NCBI RefSeq assembly: GCF_036321535.1
Contig: NC_087453.1
Coordinates: 26,598,001 to 26,662,000, forward strand
Direction: 5' to 3'
DNA: 64,000 nucleotides
From: Camelus dromedarius
Taxonomy: Eukaryota
The first letter of the stretch is position 1, and each line of letters opens with the position of its first letter. The translations under genes and the position numbers were made by a program. Below, in pieces: positions 49,092 to 60,529 of the stretch. The notes under the pieces were generated by a model. That model made no database searches. It was given only the letters and a program-made list of their open reading frames with translations, and was not told the DNA's origin.

Positions 49092-49133
49092 CTTCCTTCC
49101 CTTCCTCCCTCCCTCTTTCCCTCTTTCCCTTCT
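49092..49133 (+). repeat. 42-nt uninterrupted polypyrimidine tract
   Basis: CTTCCTTCCCTTCCTCCCTCCCTCTTTCCCTCTTTCCCTTCT. Confidence 0.9.
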
Positions 49134-50919
49134 AATTCTTTCTTCCTCTCCTTCATCATCTTTGTCTTCTAGTCTTCGTTAGAAGACATTTTAATAAGAT
49201 TAAATTTAATAATAAATGTAACATACATTCAACCTATCTACGGATGCCCGTGGCCCAAAAACATCTTTTGGTCTTTGTCTTGATTTTTGTCTCTCCTAAT
49301 TCACTTCCTGTTGACAATGAAGTGCGGGTGCCTTTGAGCGGCAATGTCTCGGGGACCTTGGTGGCTGCGGGTCCTCAACACCACAGCCATGGACTTGGGT
49401 TGTGCTCTCTCAACCGATCCCGAGAGGGTACAGTTTTGTAGGCCACACACATATTTTTGACGAAGCACTGGACAACCCTGCTTGTGCAAAAGATACATAA
49501 ATGCATCTTAGAGACCCCATGAGAATATTTGCTAAAAGCCCAGAGAGGAACATTTCAAGGAGATAGGAGTGAAGCACGGGAGGCTTTTGAGTCACACAGT
49601 TGGCCTGTCGGCATGTTTGCAAAATTGTCTGCTATCTGGCTAAGCTTCCTCTCAAACAAATTATTGCGTCTCCACAAAGAATGGGATAAACATTTTCACA
49701 TTGGCAATGTTTGCAGGTGAAACAAACAATCCTCGGATGGGAGTAGACAAACTTAGGGATTGTTTGCTGAAATGTTTGGAGAGCGTTTGCCATTGTAGGC
49801 AAATGCAGTGTCTGACCTGGGTTGTTGATTCTTGTGAGCAGATAGGGGAAGGCAGAGGCTTCTAAATGCTAAGTCAAAGAAACGGGAAGGGGAGGTCTGT
49901 CCTCTGTGGAGCTGCACACGTGTAATGGATTCCTTCCAAATTAATTATTTAATTCCAAGGTAAAGTTTTTTTTTTTTCTTTTTTCTTTAATAAAGGCAGA
50001 AGTTGTGTGGCAATGTGATGACCCTGATGCTTCTTGCAATTATAGAGTGGGATTTATAAACAGTGTTTTCATTGGACAGGAAAATAGACTTAATTCTTAA
50101 GATAGGAGTGAAAAGTCTTAAAGTACCTAATGGCTTGTTCTTTGCTTACAATTCAGGCCAGTGAGAAATTTACGGGTCGGCTCTGCCCCAGGTCAAATGC
50201 ATGGATTAGAAACTGGGGCCTTTTCCTCAAGACCCTTGACTGCCATCTGCCGGAAAATCATCGGAGCAAAAATGCAAACCAAAGATGACTGTGTCATACA
50301 TGGCACCCTCTGTGGTTGTGCAAAGCATAACTTGCACAATCATATGGTAGCCCTGGAGAGGATATTCTCAGGCTTAATTAAATCATCTGGTAGAGGCTGA
50401 TGCTCAAGAAATAGTTTGACAGTAACACTGTCTATTGCTAGGAATTTTGAATTGAGAGGGTTGGGTTGCCCCATGGTTCCAGCCGGTAGGTGACCTCATT
50501 CCATTTTTTGTGGTGCTAATGAGTTGAGACAAATTGCTCATAATTTTTCCATATTCAAATATTGACTTATATGAAAACGACGGTGGGACACAGAAAAGGA
50601 TTATTGGGGGTCGGGGAGGGGTCGTCTTTGTCAACACCCCGGCAGAAACCCTGGATTGCACTGGCCGACATCTGTGCTCATAACACATAAACTGCAGTGT
50701 TGGCAGCGGGATGGGACGTCTCCGGGAAGACAGCAGCTGCCAACCATTTTGTTTACCAAATGCTGGGCTCAAGGTAAATGCATAGATCTGAAAATGGGGC
50801 CTGGAGTAATTAGGCAGGACTTTCAGGAAGCCAGGTAACAAATGACAACTTAATTAAATCTAATTAAAACATTGTCACCCTTCTTGAGGACTCCTTCAGC
50901 AGGATGGTGATTGCAGATT

Positions 50920-50948
50920 GGGAAGGGGATGGGGGCCGGGGAGGGGGG
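50920..50948 (+). other. Strong short-loop G-quadruplex motif
   Basis: GGG-aa-GGGG-at-GGGGG-cc-GGGG-a-GGGGGG: five tracts with loops of 1-2 nt. Confidence 0.75.
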
Positions 50949-52064
50949 TCCTAAGGAAAAGAGGGGCAAGATGCTTTCATTTATTTGCCTTTTTCTTACT
51001 TTTCGGTCTCAGTGATTCTTTTTTTTTCCTCGTCACTATTTGAAATACAGCTGGATCCTATTTATAATCCATTTTCACATTTGTTTGAGTTAAAATCCCA
51101 GATTGTTGTGCTTTCAAGGTTGAATGTGCAGGGCAGCCAGCGTTTCTCCAGCCATTTTAGGAGTTACTGGGTAACTGGGCTCCGGGAAGAGAAACCACCA
51201 CGTGTTTGAGCCACAGGAAGGAGAGAGAGAAAACAGACCCAAACCAAAACCCTCTGACATCACTGTTGTTTGGAGAGATTGTTCTGCTCAGATCGTGTGC
51301 TGCCTACTTAAGACTCTAATTATTCTAAATTACTTAAATTGGCTCTAATGCCTGTGTTTTATTATTTGGTATTAAAGAGCAAACCCTTTAAAAAAGAAAT
51401 CCATAATGCAATCAAAATATTGGCAAGGAAATCTCAGTAAAAAGCTTGAGCTTGGAAATACCTATACTTTCTACTCTACCACCTGAATTCTAATCTAAGT
51501 GCTGCCGTGTGCTCTCCCCAAGTCTTTTCCAGTATCCTGTTTATGTCTAAATCCAATAGTCCAGCCATGCCAGCTTGTTACTGCATGGAAAACTCCATTG
51601 CTCAGAGAAAGTTATGAATCCTTATATTCTTTATGCTCTAAGATCCACCATGACATCTCGAAGTAATTGCCAGGTAAACCCACCAGATGGTTTGGGGGGT
51701 GGGAACAAGGACTAGACTAATAATTTCCATTAGCATAATATTGTTGTTATAAAGATTTTAATGACCTCACCAATGTGGTGTCCTGTCCCAGTGGAAAGTT
51801 TATGAGCCAGAAATAAAATAATACTGATGGAGGCCCCAGAAGGCCATTTGAGAGAGGGACTCGGGACGTTAATGAGGCCTCAGGTCTCTTCAGCTCCCCA
51901 CAGAAATGTTCCTGTTTGAGCGGAGCTAAGCGATCTGGGCTGGGACAGGGCAGAGGCGAGACAAACTGAGCAGGGAGAAAGAGAAGTTCATTTCCAGTCC
52001 CAGTTCCGCTGCCACACTTCACGCTGGGATCGGGCTCCGATCTGCTTTCAGACTGACTGAGTTT

Positions 52065-52245
52065 TGGGTCTGGCTCCATTCTTCACTCACTGGAGAACCT
52101 TGGGCATGTTACTTAAGCTCTTTGTGCTCCAGTTTTTTTTTCAATCTGAAAAATGGGTATAATAACAGTACCTCAATCCATGGTTGTCAGGAGGGATGAT
52201 CTTCTCCCCACAAAAGTGCCTAGAACAGTGCCGTGGTAAACACAC
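52065..52245 (+). mobile_element. MIR SINE
   Basis: CCTTGGGCATGTTACTTAAGCTCTTTGTGCTCCAGTTT...ATCTGAAAAATGGGTATAATAACAGTACCTCA...GTGCCTAGAACAGTGCC. Confidence 0.88.
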
Positions 52246-52659
52246 AGCAACTGATATTTCTGTCCTTAGGATGATAGGCTTTTAAGCAAATCACCTGACT
52301 GTCAGACCTCAGTTTCCTTAACAGTCAAATGATAGAGGTTGGCTTAACTCTGGAATTCCGTGATTCTATGAGCTAGAATCTTGATCGAATTAAAAACCAC
52401 TGTGTTTTGAAATGTGAATACGAGTTTTGCTCATCAGACTTTGGAAACTAGGGGTGTTGCACAACGGTGTTAACTGTTTAAGAGTTCAGAAGAAAGGCTA
52501 TTGAGAGGAAGTGGCGTCTACGTAGGGGGCAGAGGAGGTGGTGGGTCTCTTTGCCCTGTGCTAACCTGCTTGGGAGGTTGTTAGTTCTCCCTTGTCTGGG
52601 GGTCACAGAGAGGAGAAGAGATGATTAGTTTTCACAAGGGTTTAAAAATGGATTGTTCA

Positions 52660-52766
52660 GAATATACGTATGTATATGCATGACTAGGGCAGTGTGCTGC
52701 ACACCAGGAATTGATACATTGTAACTGACTGTACTTCCGTTAAAAAATAAATGCATAAATAAAACT
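52660..52766 (+). mobile_element. Short artiodactyl/camelid-type L1 3' UTR fragment
   Basis: Homologous to 26462-26590; A-rich tail; TSD AAAATGGATTGTTCA (52645-52659) / ACAACAGATTGTTCA (52767-52781). Confidence 0.9.
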
Positions 52767-54409
52767 ACAACAGATTGTTCAAATCGGTCATCTTTCATCA
52801 TCAGATGCAAGAACATATCCTTGTCCTCTGATACGGTAGCAGCATCCTTCATTTTGTTCTTTTGTCTACGGAAAAGGAGAGAACCACCTGGAAATACAGA
52901 GCAGTAGACCGGATGGCTGCCCCTCCTGGGCTGGGTGACTCTTTTGAGCCCTGCCCGTTGCCTGTGTCTTGCAGTGCAAATAACATATGCCCCGTGTTTT
53001 CACAAGGATTATTTTAGTTTCTCGTTGTCTGACTATAATCAATCAATGTAATTGATTACGCCCTGGGGATACAATTGAACAATCCATTAGGCCACTGACT
53101 CCTCTGTCTTCTACCTACAGAGCAAATTGTTCTTTCCTTCTCTGAGGAAGAGAAAGTTCCCTTCTGCCTGCCGTGTGACTTCCGTACACAAGTTCTCCGT
53201 CCTGCTGTCTGTCGTTACTCTGATTAGGGCAGCCATCTTGAGGAAGACCTTGAGCTTCAAACTTTGACACCATGAGGATGGATGGAGCCAAACTCCCTTT
53301 GCAAAAAAGCTTCTTGTTATGCGGTAAAAACACAGTTGATATTCCTGTTACCTGTCAAAAATGCCCTTCTTCTGTTTCCCTATGGCCTGACTCTGCAGGG
53401 ACATAGTGTGTCACACCCAACACAGGAAGAACTTCGCTCCAAAACCCAAATACCCAGGCAAGAAAACACATTTATAAATGAGATCAAGGTTGTTAAAGAC
53501 TCGTTTAAGTACATTGTCCAGTTTCCTTAAGGGGCAATGGTGAGTTTTTCTTATTTTAATTCATGTGGATAATTTACATTTTTTTAAACCAGCTGATTTG
53601 GTATAAACAGTATTTCTGCCTTTAGCTACAAGTGCAGGAATCAAGAATCTCCTGTTTTGAGTCACCATCAGCTTTTCAGTATTTGCAGTTAATCCATGTG
53701 GTTAAACACTCAGCCCCCTGAGATTCAAGCAGTTCATTTCCTATTCAAACAGGTTAACTACAAGAGACAAAATGAAGATAAATTCCTCAATGGGCCAAGA
53801 TAAGCTGGTTGGGTAAGGGGAAAGAGAATGAGTCAGTCTCAAGCCAGCTCTGATTCTTCCAGGTTTTATCTTTGCAGCTCTTGGTGATGGACCAAGGGCT
53901 CTGTGTCTGCCTCTGAAGTTGAGTGATTTCTATCTTCCTCTCACCTCTGGGCCTTTCGGTAACAAGGCTGATGGCAGCCGTAAATGCCCACCTAGGGGTC
54001 TTTCCCTTGTGTGCACGGCCCTGGGTGTGTGGGGAGGCAGGGCAAAAAGTGTAGAAGGTATGATCTTAGGGGGAGACAGGCTGGGGGGCTCTTTGTGAGA
54101 AAACACTAACAACATGAAGAGTTGCTAACCGAAGTGCTTAGTGGGAAGCAGATTTAAAATGAACTTCCCCCCACGACCATGTTTCACATCACGTTATTGG
54201 TGCATAGATTTTGGAGGGTGATGGTAAATCAGTTCTTTTCAAACACACAAACTATAAATCCAAAGTCAGTGTGGAGTTTCTATAGTCACTTCTACGCTCC
54301 CTGAGTGTCTGGCTCTGTTTATCTCCCAGGATTTTTATTCCATTCTCTCTCTTCCTCCCAAATACTGCTCTCATCCTGTCTGATAATCACCAGCAACACA
54401 CTACGACAA

Positions 54410-54570
54410 CTAATCAAACTTTGTTTGACCTGGACATCACCTCCGGGGAGCTGGTTGGAAGTGCAGGATCTCAGGCCCCACCCACTCCCGCCCCATTCCT
54501 GAATCAGAATCTGTATTTCACAAGACCTCCGAGCGATCTGTATGCACATCGGAGTTTCATTCTCCTTGAG
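54410..54570. mobile_element. MER5A-type DNA transposon
   Basis: CATCACCTCCGGGGAGCT...CTCAGGCCCCACCC...CTGAATCAGAATCTGTATTTCACAAGACCTCC...TGTATGCACA. Confidence 0.8.
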
Positions 54571-54734
54571 TCCTCGTTGGCCGAGCGTTGAGGTCTTTGA
54601 CATCTGATAGTCCTCAGACCCTGGGTATCAAATTCCAGCATTAGAAGAAACTGTAGACTATAATCGCCGGAGTATAACAAAAATGTACTGAGTGTAGGTG
54701 TGGGGAGGGTCATCTCTCTCTCCCTCTCTGTCTC

Positions 54735-54860
54735 TGGTCAGCTGGGTGACCTTGGGGAAGTCACTTATCCCTCTAGGTCTCAAGTTATTAGTACTGATGA
54801 CTTCTAATGGTTCTGACGTTAGACAGTTGTGTGAGTATAGGGCTCAGTACGTATGGAAGA
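54735..54860 (+). mobile_element. MIR fragment
   Basis: GCTGGGTGACCTTGGGGAAGTCACTTATCCCTCTAGGTCTCAAG. Confidence 0.7.
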
Positions 54861-55949
54861 AGAAACGTTCCCTTAAGAATTTGTTGCACATCCATAAACT
54901 CAGATCACTAATAAACCTATAGGGCAAGGACTCCTCCTGTCCATGAATTTCACTTTTGTGGCTCCCTACTTTTTCATGTTGCACAACCAAACCTTCAGAG
55001 TCTGCAGGGGACTCTTGATTGACTTGCAAGAATGGTCCAAATGACTGCAGAAACAGAAACTGCAGACTGACTATGCAGTCTCCTTGAAGAACGACTCAAG
55101 ACCAGGAAATTGAAAATGTTTTTGTTTCCAGAAGGACTGTTGACATGTGCAGGTGAACATGGTAAAAACATGGCTGAAATTTGAAATGCTTAGGGCTGGA
55201 TAACTGAGTACATCCCAGAACCCAAGACCTAAGGCTTCCAGCTGAATCTTTCATATATTTTGTATAGTAGAAATCTTACGATAATCTTGCGATAGTCCTG
55301 TGTTTCCAGATATGGAAAAAGTAAGCAAGTTTAACATATATGATTACATCTCAGGAAATTTGCATCCTCCAGAGAATCTAAGAAGATATCCTTTCCATGA
55401 AGCTGTCATATAGCTTGATAATTAAAAGGTGATTCTTACAAGAAAGGGAAGGTATGATAAGGTAAGGTTACAAGTCAAAACAAATCAGATCAGAAACGAT
55501 CATCAAAGAGGATATAAACTGAGGACGGGGGTTTGCAGAATAATAGAAATCATTTTTCTTCTCCTGAATACTTCTCATATTCTGGGTAAAATCAGTGTAA
55601 AGAAGGCACAGATTCATTTGATCCTGAAAATGTGAGAAGACTTGAAAGAACTCTGCAAGCATCCAGACATGGAAAAGGTATAAAAGGACACTTGATATAA
55701 AATCATAAATCTCAAGGTGGTTTTAGCTGATAACTGTGGGCAATGGAGAGCTTACACAAGAAGAATGTAAAATTATAAAGATAGATCTATCATTACTTTA
55801 TAATAATCAAAGAACTTAAAATAAGTAAACTGTAGTACAGCCACATGCAAACTACTTCATAGCATGAAAAAAAGAAAAGCAACGTCGAGATTGTTAAAAG
55901 TTTGCTGCGGCGTAAGAGCCATTTACATAAAAGTTGAAAACATAAACTA

Positions 55950-56240
55950 AGGCAACATATCATTTTGAATTCATATACACAATTTAAAAATAGGAAAACA
56001 TACATCAAATACACACGCATTTACAATACTTGCACCTGGAAAGGGGCAAGTGGAGAAGAGGACTGAGGAAAGGAGTATAAAGGAATTCACTTTTGACTGT
56101 ATGTAATGTTTTCTTTTTAAAATATCTAAAGCACTTACGATGCAATTGTGTTCATTTTGGGGTGGCAGGTAAACGGAATTTGTTATACGTTTTGTAATCA
56201 TTTGTCATTTTCTGTACTTGTTCTTGGTATTAAAAAGTAC
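55950..56240 (+). mobile_element. L1ME-like 3' end
   Basis: GGGTGGCAGGTAAACGGAATTTGTTATAC...TTTTCTGTAC resembles old L1ME 3' termini. Confidence 0.6.
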
Positions 56241-56289
56241 GGCAGTTATAACAAAATTGAGGTATCAGTTACCATACTGCAGGGTAACA

Positions 56290-56329
56290 GTGTGTGTGTG
56301 TGTGTGCAAACATACATGTGTGTGTACTG

Positions 56330-56366
<37 letters not shown>
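56290..56366. repeat. Inverted (TG)8 / (CA)17 microsatellite pair
   Basis: 56290-56308 is the exact reverse complement of 56331-56349. Confidence 0.95.
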
Positions 56367-56368
<2 letters not shown>

Positions 56369-56885
56369 GATGACATAACATTCAATATTAAGTGAAGGAA
56401 GCTAGGGTCACCCGTACCCTTTGAGAGAGAGTCTATCTTGGCAGAGGAAATAATGAAAGCCTTAATCCCCCTATTTGAGGCCTTTATCCTAAGGAAATAA
56501 TAAATATTTAGCAGAAACAAAAGTTTTCATTGTGTTTTAGTTGATGTTTCTTTTCCCCTTTCAGCAAATATTTACTGAGCATCTACTGTGTCCATGGCAA
56601 GTCAGTCCCAGCTCTCAGAAAGTTTATGTCACATTTATAACAAGGAAATTGTGACTCAGAAACCATGAAAATACCGAACAATAATTGGTTGGTTTATTAC
56701 ATCATGATTCTATATACTGGAAAATAATTTTGCCATTTAAAATAATTTTATAAATATACCATTTTAAAGATGTTTATAATGACTTTTCTAGTGAATTCTA
56801 CAAAATAGTTTCTATATTGTTACCATTCTGGTCAACTTAGCACATCTACTAATATATCTACTAGTGTGTTTACTAAGGTGTGTGT

Positions 56886-57627
56886 ATATGGTATTTTTCT
56901 TTCTCTTTCTGGCTTACTTCACTTAGAATGACATTCTCCAGGAGCATCCACGTTGCTGCAAATGNNNNNNNNNNNNNNNNNNNNNNNNNNNNNNNNNNNN
57001 NNNNNNNNNNNNNNNNNNNNNNNNNNNNNNNNNNNNNNNNNNNNNNNNNNNNNNNNNNNNNNNNNNNNNNNNNNNNNNNNNNNNNNNNNNNNNNNNNNNN
57101 NNNNNNNNNNNNNNNNNNCATCCTGAAGTAGGGTTCCTTCTGGATATAAGCCCAGGAGTGGGATTCCTGGGTCTTATNNNNNNNNNNNNNNNNNNNNNNN
57201 NNNNNNNNNNNNNNNNNNNNNNNNNNNNNNNNNNNNNNNNNNNNNNNNNNNNNNNNNNNNNNNNNNNNNNNNNNNNNNNNNNNNNNNNNNNNNNNNNNNN
57301 NNNNNNNNNNNNNNNNNATGATTGCTTGCTGTTCTGACTGGTGTGAGGTGATACCTCATTGTAGTTTTGATTTGCATTTCTCTGATAATTAGTGATATTG
57401 AGCATTTTTTCATATGTCTATTGATCATTTGTATGTCTTTCTTGGAGAATTGCTTGTTTAGGTCTTCTGCCCATTTTTGGATTGGGTTGTTTATTTTCTT
57501 CTTATTGAGTCATATGAGGTGCTTATATATTCTGGAGATCATGCCTTTGTCGGTTTCATCTGCAAATTTTTTTCCCATTCCGTAGGTTGTCTTTTTGTTT
57601 TACTATGGTTTCCTTTGCTGTGCAGAA
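56886..57627 (-). mobile_element. Young camelid-type L1, minus arm (ORF2 C-terminal region; no 3' UTR, no poly(A))
   Basis: Peptides [27 protein letters not shown] and FAATWMLLENVILSEVSQKEKEKYH match the L1 ORF2 C-terminus; contains gaps 56965-57118 and 57178-57317. Confidence 0.95.
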
Positions 57628-58180
57628 TTAAAAACCTCCCTACAAATAGAAGTCCAGGACTGGACGGCTTCACCAGGGAATTCTACCAAACATACAAAGA
57701 AGAACTCATACCAGTCCTTATCAAACTCTTNNNNNNNNNNNNNNNNNNNNNNNNNNNNNNNNNNNNNNNNNNNNNNNNNNNNNNNNNNNNNNNNNNNNNN
57801 NNNNNNNNNNNNNNNNNNNNNNNNNNNNNNNNNNNNNNNNNNNNNNNNNNNNNNNNNNNNNNNNNNNNNNNNNNNNNNNNNNNNNNNNNNNNNNNNNNNN
57901 NNNNNNNNNNNNNNNNNNNNNNNNNNNNNNNNNNNNNNNNNNNNNNNNNNNNNNNNNNNNNNNNNNNNNNNNNNNNNNNNNNNNNNNNNNNNNNNNNNNN
58001 NNNNNNNNNNNNNNNNNNNNNNNNNNNNNNNNNNNNNNNNNNNNNNNNNNNNNNNNNNNNNNNNNNNNNNNNNNNNNNNNNNNNNNNNNNNNNNNNNNNN
58101 NNNNGGCATAGAGGGAACATATCTCAACATCATAAAAGCTATATATGACAAACCTACAGCCAGCATAGTACTCAATGGTG
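57626..58180 (+). mobile_element. Young L1, plus (inverted) arm, ORF2 RT-proximal region
   Basis: [34 protein letters not shown] and GIEGTYLNIIKAIYDKPTASIVLNG match L1 ORF2; gap 57731-58104. Confidence 0.95.
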
Positions 58181-58479
58181 TGTAGAAAAGATGCCATTGG
58201 GGATTGTCTGGTAAGATGTTGTAAAATTTCTGGGCTTTATTTATACCTATGTTTCCCAGTTTCTTTAATAATAAGCATAAATGTTATAATAATAAATACA
58301 TTTTCAAAATTTAATACAGAATTACTATAGCATATGATTTTTAAGCAGAAAATATCTGCAATTAATAATAGCCATGTTTCATGTTTAAATAATAACTTTA
58401 AACCTACGGAACCAATTTTCAGAGAAATGCACAATTTAATATTTGCCATACAAACTGAATATTTAATCAGCTTATTTTA

Positions 58480-59800
58480 TTTTGGGGCAATAAGTATAGA
58501 AACTGTGAATGATACACATCCTTCCACCCAGTAATTACATATCTAAGGATTTACCCAACAGATACACTTGCATGTGCACACAAATAATCTTCATTTCAGC
58601 ATTGTTTTTTCCCAAATTAAGCAGTTTTTATTGATACAAATTATATAAAATTAAATAGAAGTTATCTATTTCTAAGTATTTTTTACTGCAAAAGATGTAA
58701 CTTAATTTTTAATTTAATTTTCTTTCATAAAAATTCTGTTTAAAGTGTACAACATGATGATTTTATATATATATACACACACATACATATATATAGTGAA
58801 GTAATTACTATAGTCAAGACAGCACGTCATTGCCTCACATAGTTACCATTTGTGTGTGTGTGTGCGTATGATGACAGTACCTGAAATTTACTCTTTAGCT
58901 AATGTCCAGGATTGGGTACAACGTTATTAACTATGGTTATCATGCTATAGTTAGGTCTGTAGACTTGTTCATCCCACATAACTGCAACTTTGTACCATTT
59001 GATCAATGTCTCCCCATTTCCCCCACCTCCCCATCACCCAACCTTAGTAACCACTGTTCTGCTCTCTGCTTTTGTGTATTTGACTTTTGTAGATTCCACA
59101 TATAAAATTTATCATGCAATTCTTTTCTTTCTGTCTGGCTTATTTCACTTAATAGACTGTCTTCTAAGTTCAGACCTGTTGTAAATAGAAGAATGTTCTT
59201 TTCTACAGCTGAATAACATTTCATTACACATATCATTTGATGTATATATATGCAAACACACACACACACACACACATATATATACACACACACACACATA
59301 CCATTATATATATGTACATATAATGGTGTATATACATATATATATTTATCCATTCATCTGTCAATGGACACTTAGGTTGTTTCCATAATTTCTTGGCTAT
59401 TATGATGAACACTTTAGCATTGTTTGAAATCGCAAAATCTAAAAACATTATAAATATCCATTGATTAAGGGATGAAATAAATACAAGCCATATAGTGGAA
59501 TATTTTGCAGCAATACAGTGAATGAGCAGTTCTATATAAACTGATATGAAAGTGAAAGAAAGCAAGATATAGAACAATATATTCATGATGATATATTGAA
59601 TTAATTTATTTGTCTTACATATGTATACGTGGAAGGATTCATAAGGATTTATTTTTGGTGAGAATGAGGTAAAGAGATTTTATACTGTATATTTTGTACC
59701 ATACGGTATTGTAAAATTTAGTTTTTATTTTCATGGCTTATCATGGAAAGCTTTTAAACTAAATTTAAAGAATAATCTGAAATAAAAAATACAGTTAGTC
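58480..59800 (+). mobile_element. Old L1ME-like element split by a nested L1
   Basis: CACCCAGTAATT...GGATTTACCC...CAGCATTGTTT resumes after 59412 as TAGCATTGTTTGAAATCGCAAAA...TAGTGGAATATT. Confidence 0.65.
58608..59412 (-). mobile_element. L1MA9-like 3' end nested in the older L1
   Basis: TTTAAAGTGTACAACATGATG...CATAACTGCAACTTTGTACCATTTGA...GATTCCACATATAA; TSD TTCAGCATTGTTT (58595-58607) / TTTAGCATTGTTT (59413-59425); internal (CA)/(TA) microsatellites. Confidence 0.88.
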
Positions 59801-60529
59801 TTTCTCTTCCCATGTATTGATGGCTTGAGATACATACACATTTCATGTAAAATTAGAAATAGTACTAAAACTCCATTCAAAGCTATTTTGCAGCTTACCA
59901 CTGTCACTTTGTATAATAAACACTCTGAGCTGGCAATTGGACAATATTCATAAGGATAATTAATACATTTTCCTTCCAGAAATTTGAGGATAGGAACTAT
60001 CTGTGTATTTGGATTCTAATCTATGGACAATTTTGTTTCCTTGGCTCATCTTTGAGATGAGTATATGTATCTTGTGAAGAACTGATTTCTTCAACAGTTT
60101 GAGGTGAAATTAATCAGAACATTCTGTTTACATCAGCAGCTTCTTGTGCATAGCAGAGTGTGCAAACTAGAAATCTTTGGACCATATGTAGCTCACATAT
60201 GGCTCTACTTTTTGGCTCTGCTCAGTGCTCAACATAAAACTAAAAGAAATTGTAATTCATTGCCAAGAGCTAACATTTTAAAATTCAGAGATTTCTCATA
60301 AAAATCTGTTGTTTTCTCTTATCTTGAAGAATTAAAGTTTATCATACCGGATCTATAGTTCCACTGGGAAAACTGGCTGGGGGTGAAGATCAGCTGTTTC
60401 CTTTAGTTTGGAAATGCAGAAAACTGTCTTCTTTTCCACAGTCTCCACCATTCCCTATTGCTTAAACCCTGTCGGTATCATTCACTTGTGTTCTTTGTTC
60501 TTAGCCCTTTATTCACCCTAAGTTTACAG

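Noticed and set aside
2869-53545. Chain of plus-strand splice donors suggesting one long spliced gene
   Set aside because: Equally strong donors occur on the minus strand (5334, 8559, 9498, 32091, 33936), L1 orientation shows no strand bias, and candidate exons do not join into a continuous ORF (3107-3310 plus 3701 creates TGA)
4163-58197. Long ORF-track entries containing X runs (4163-4591, 15944-16838, 56873-58197)
   Set aside because: Their length comes from N gaps; the only real coding signal in them is L1 ORF2 remnant
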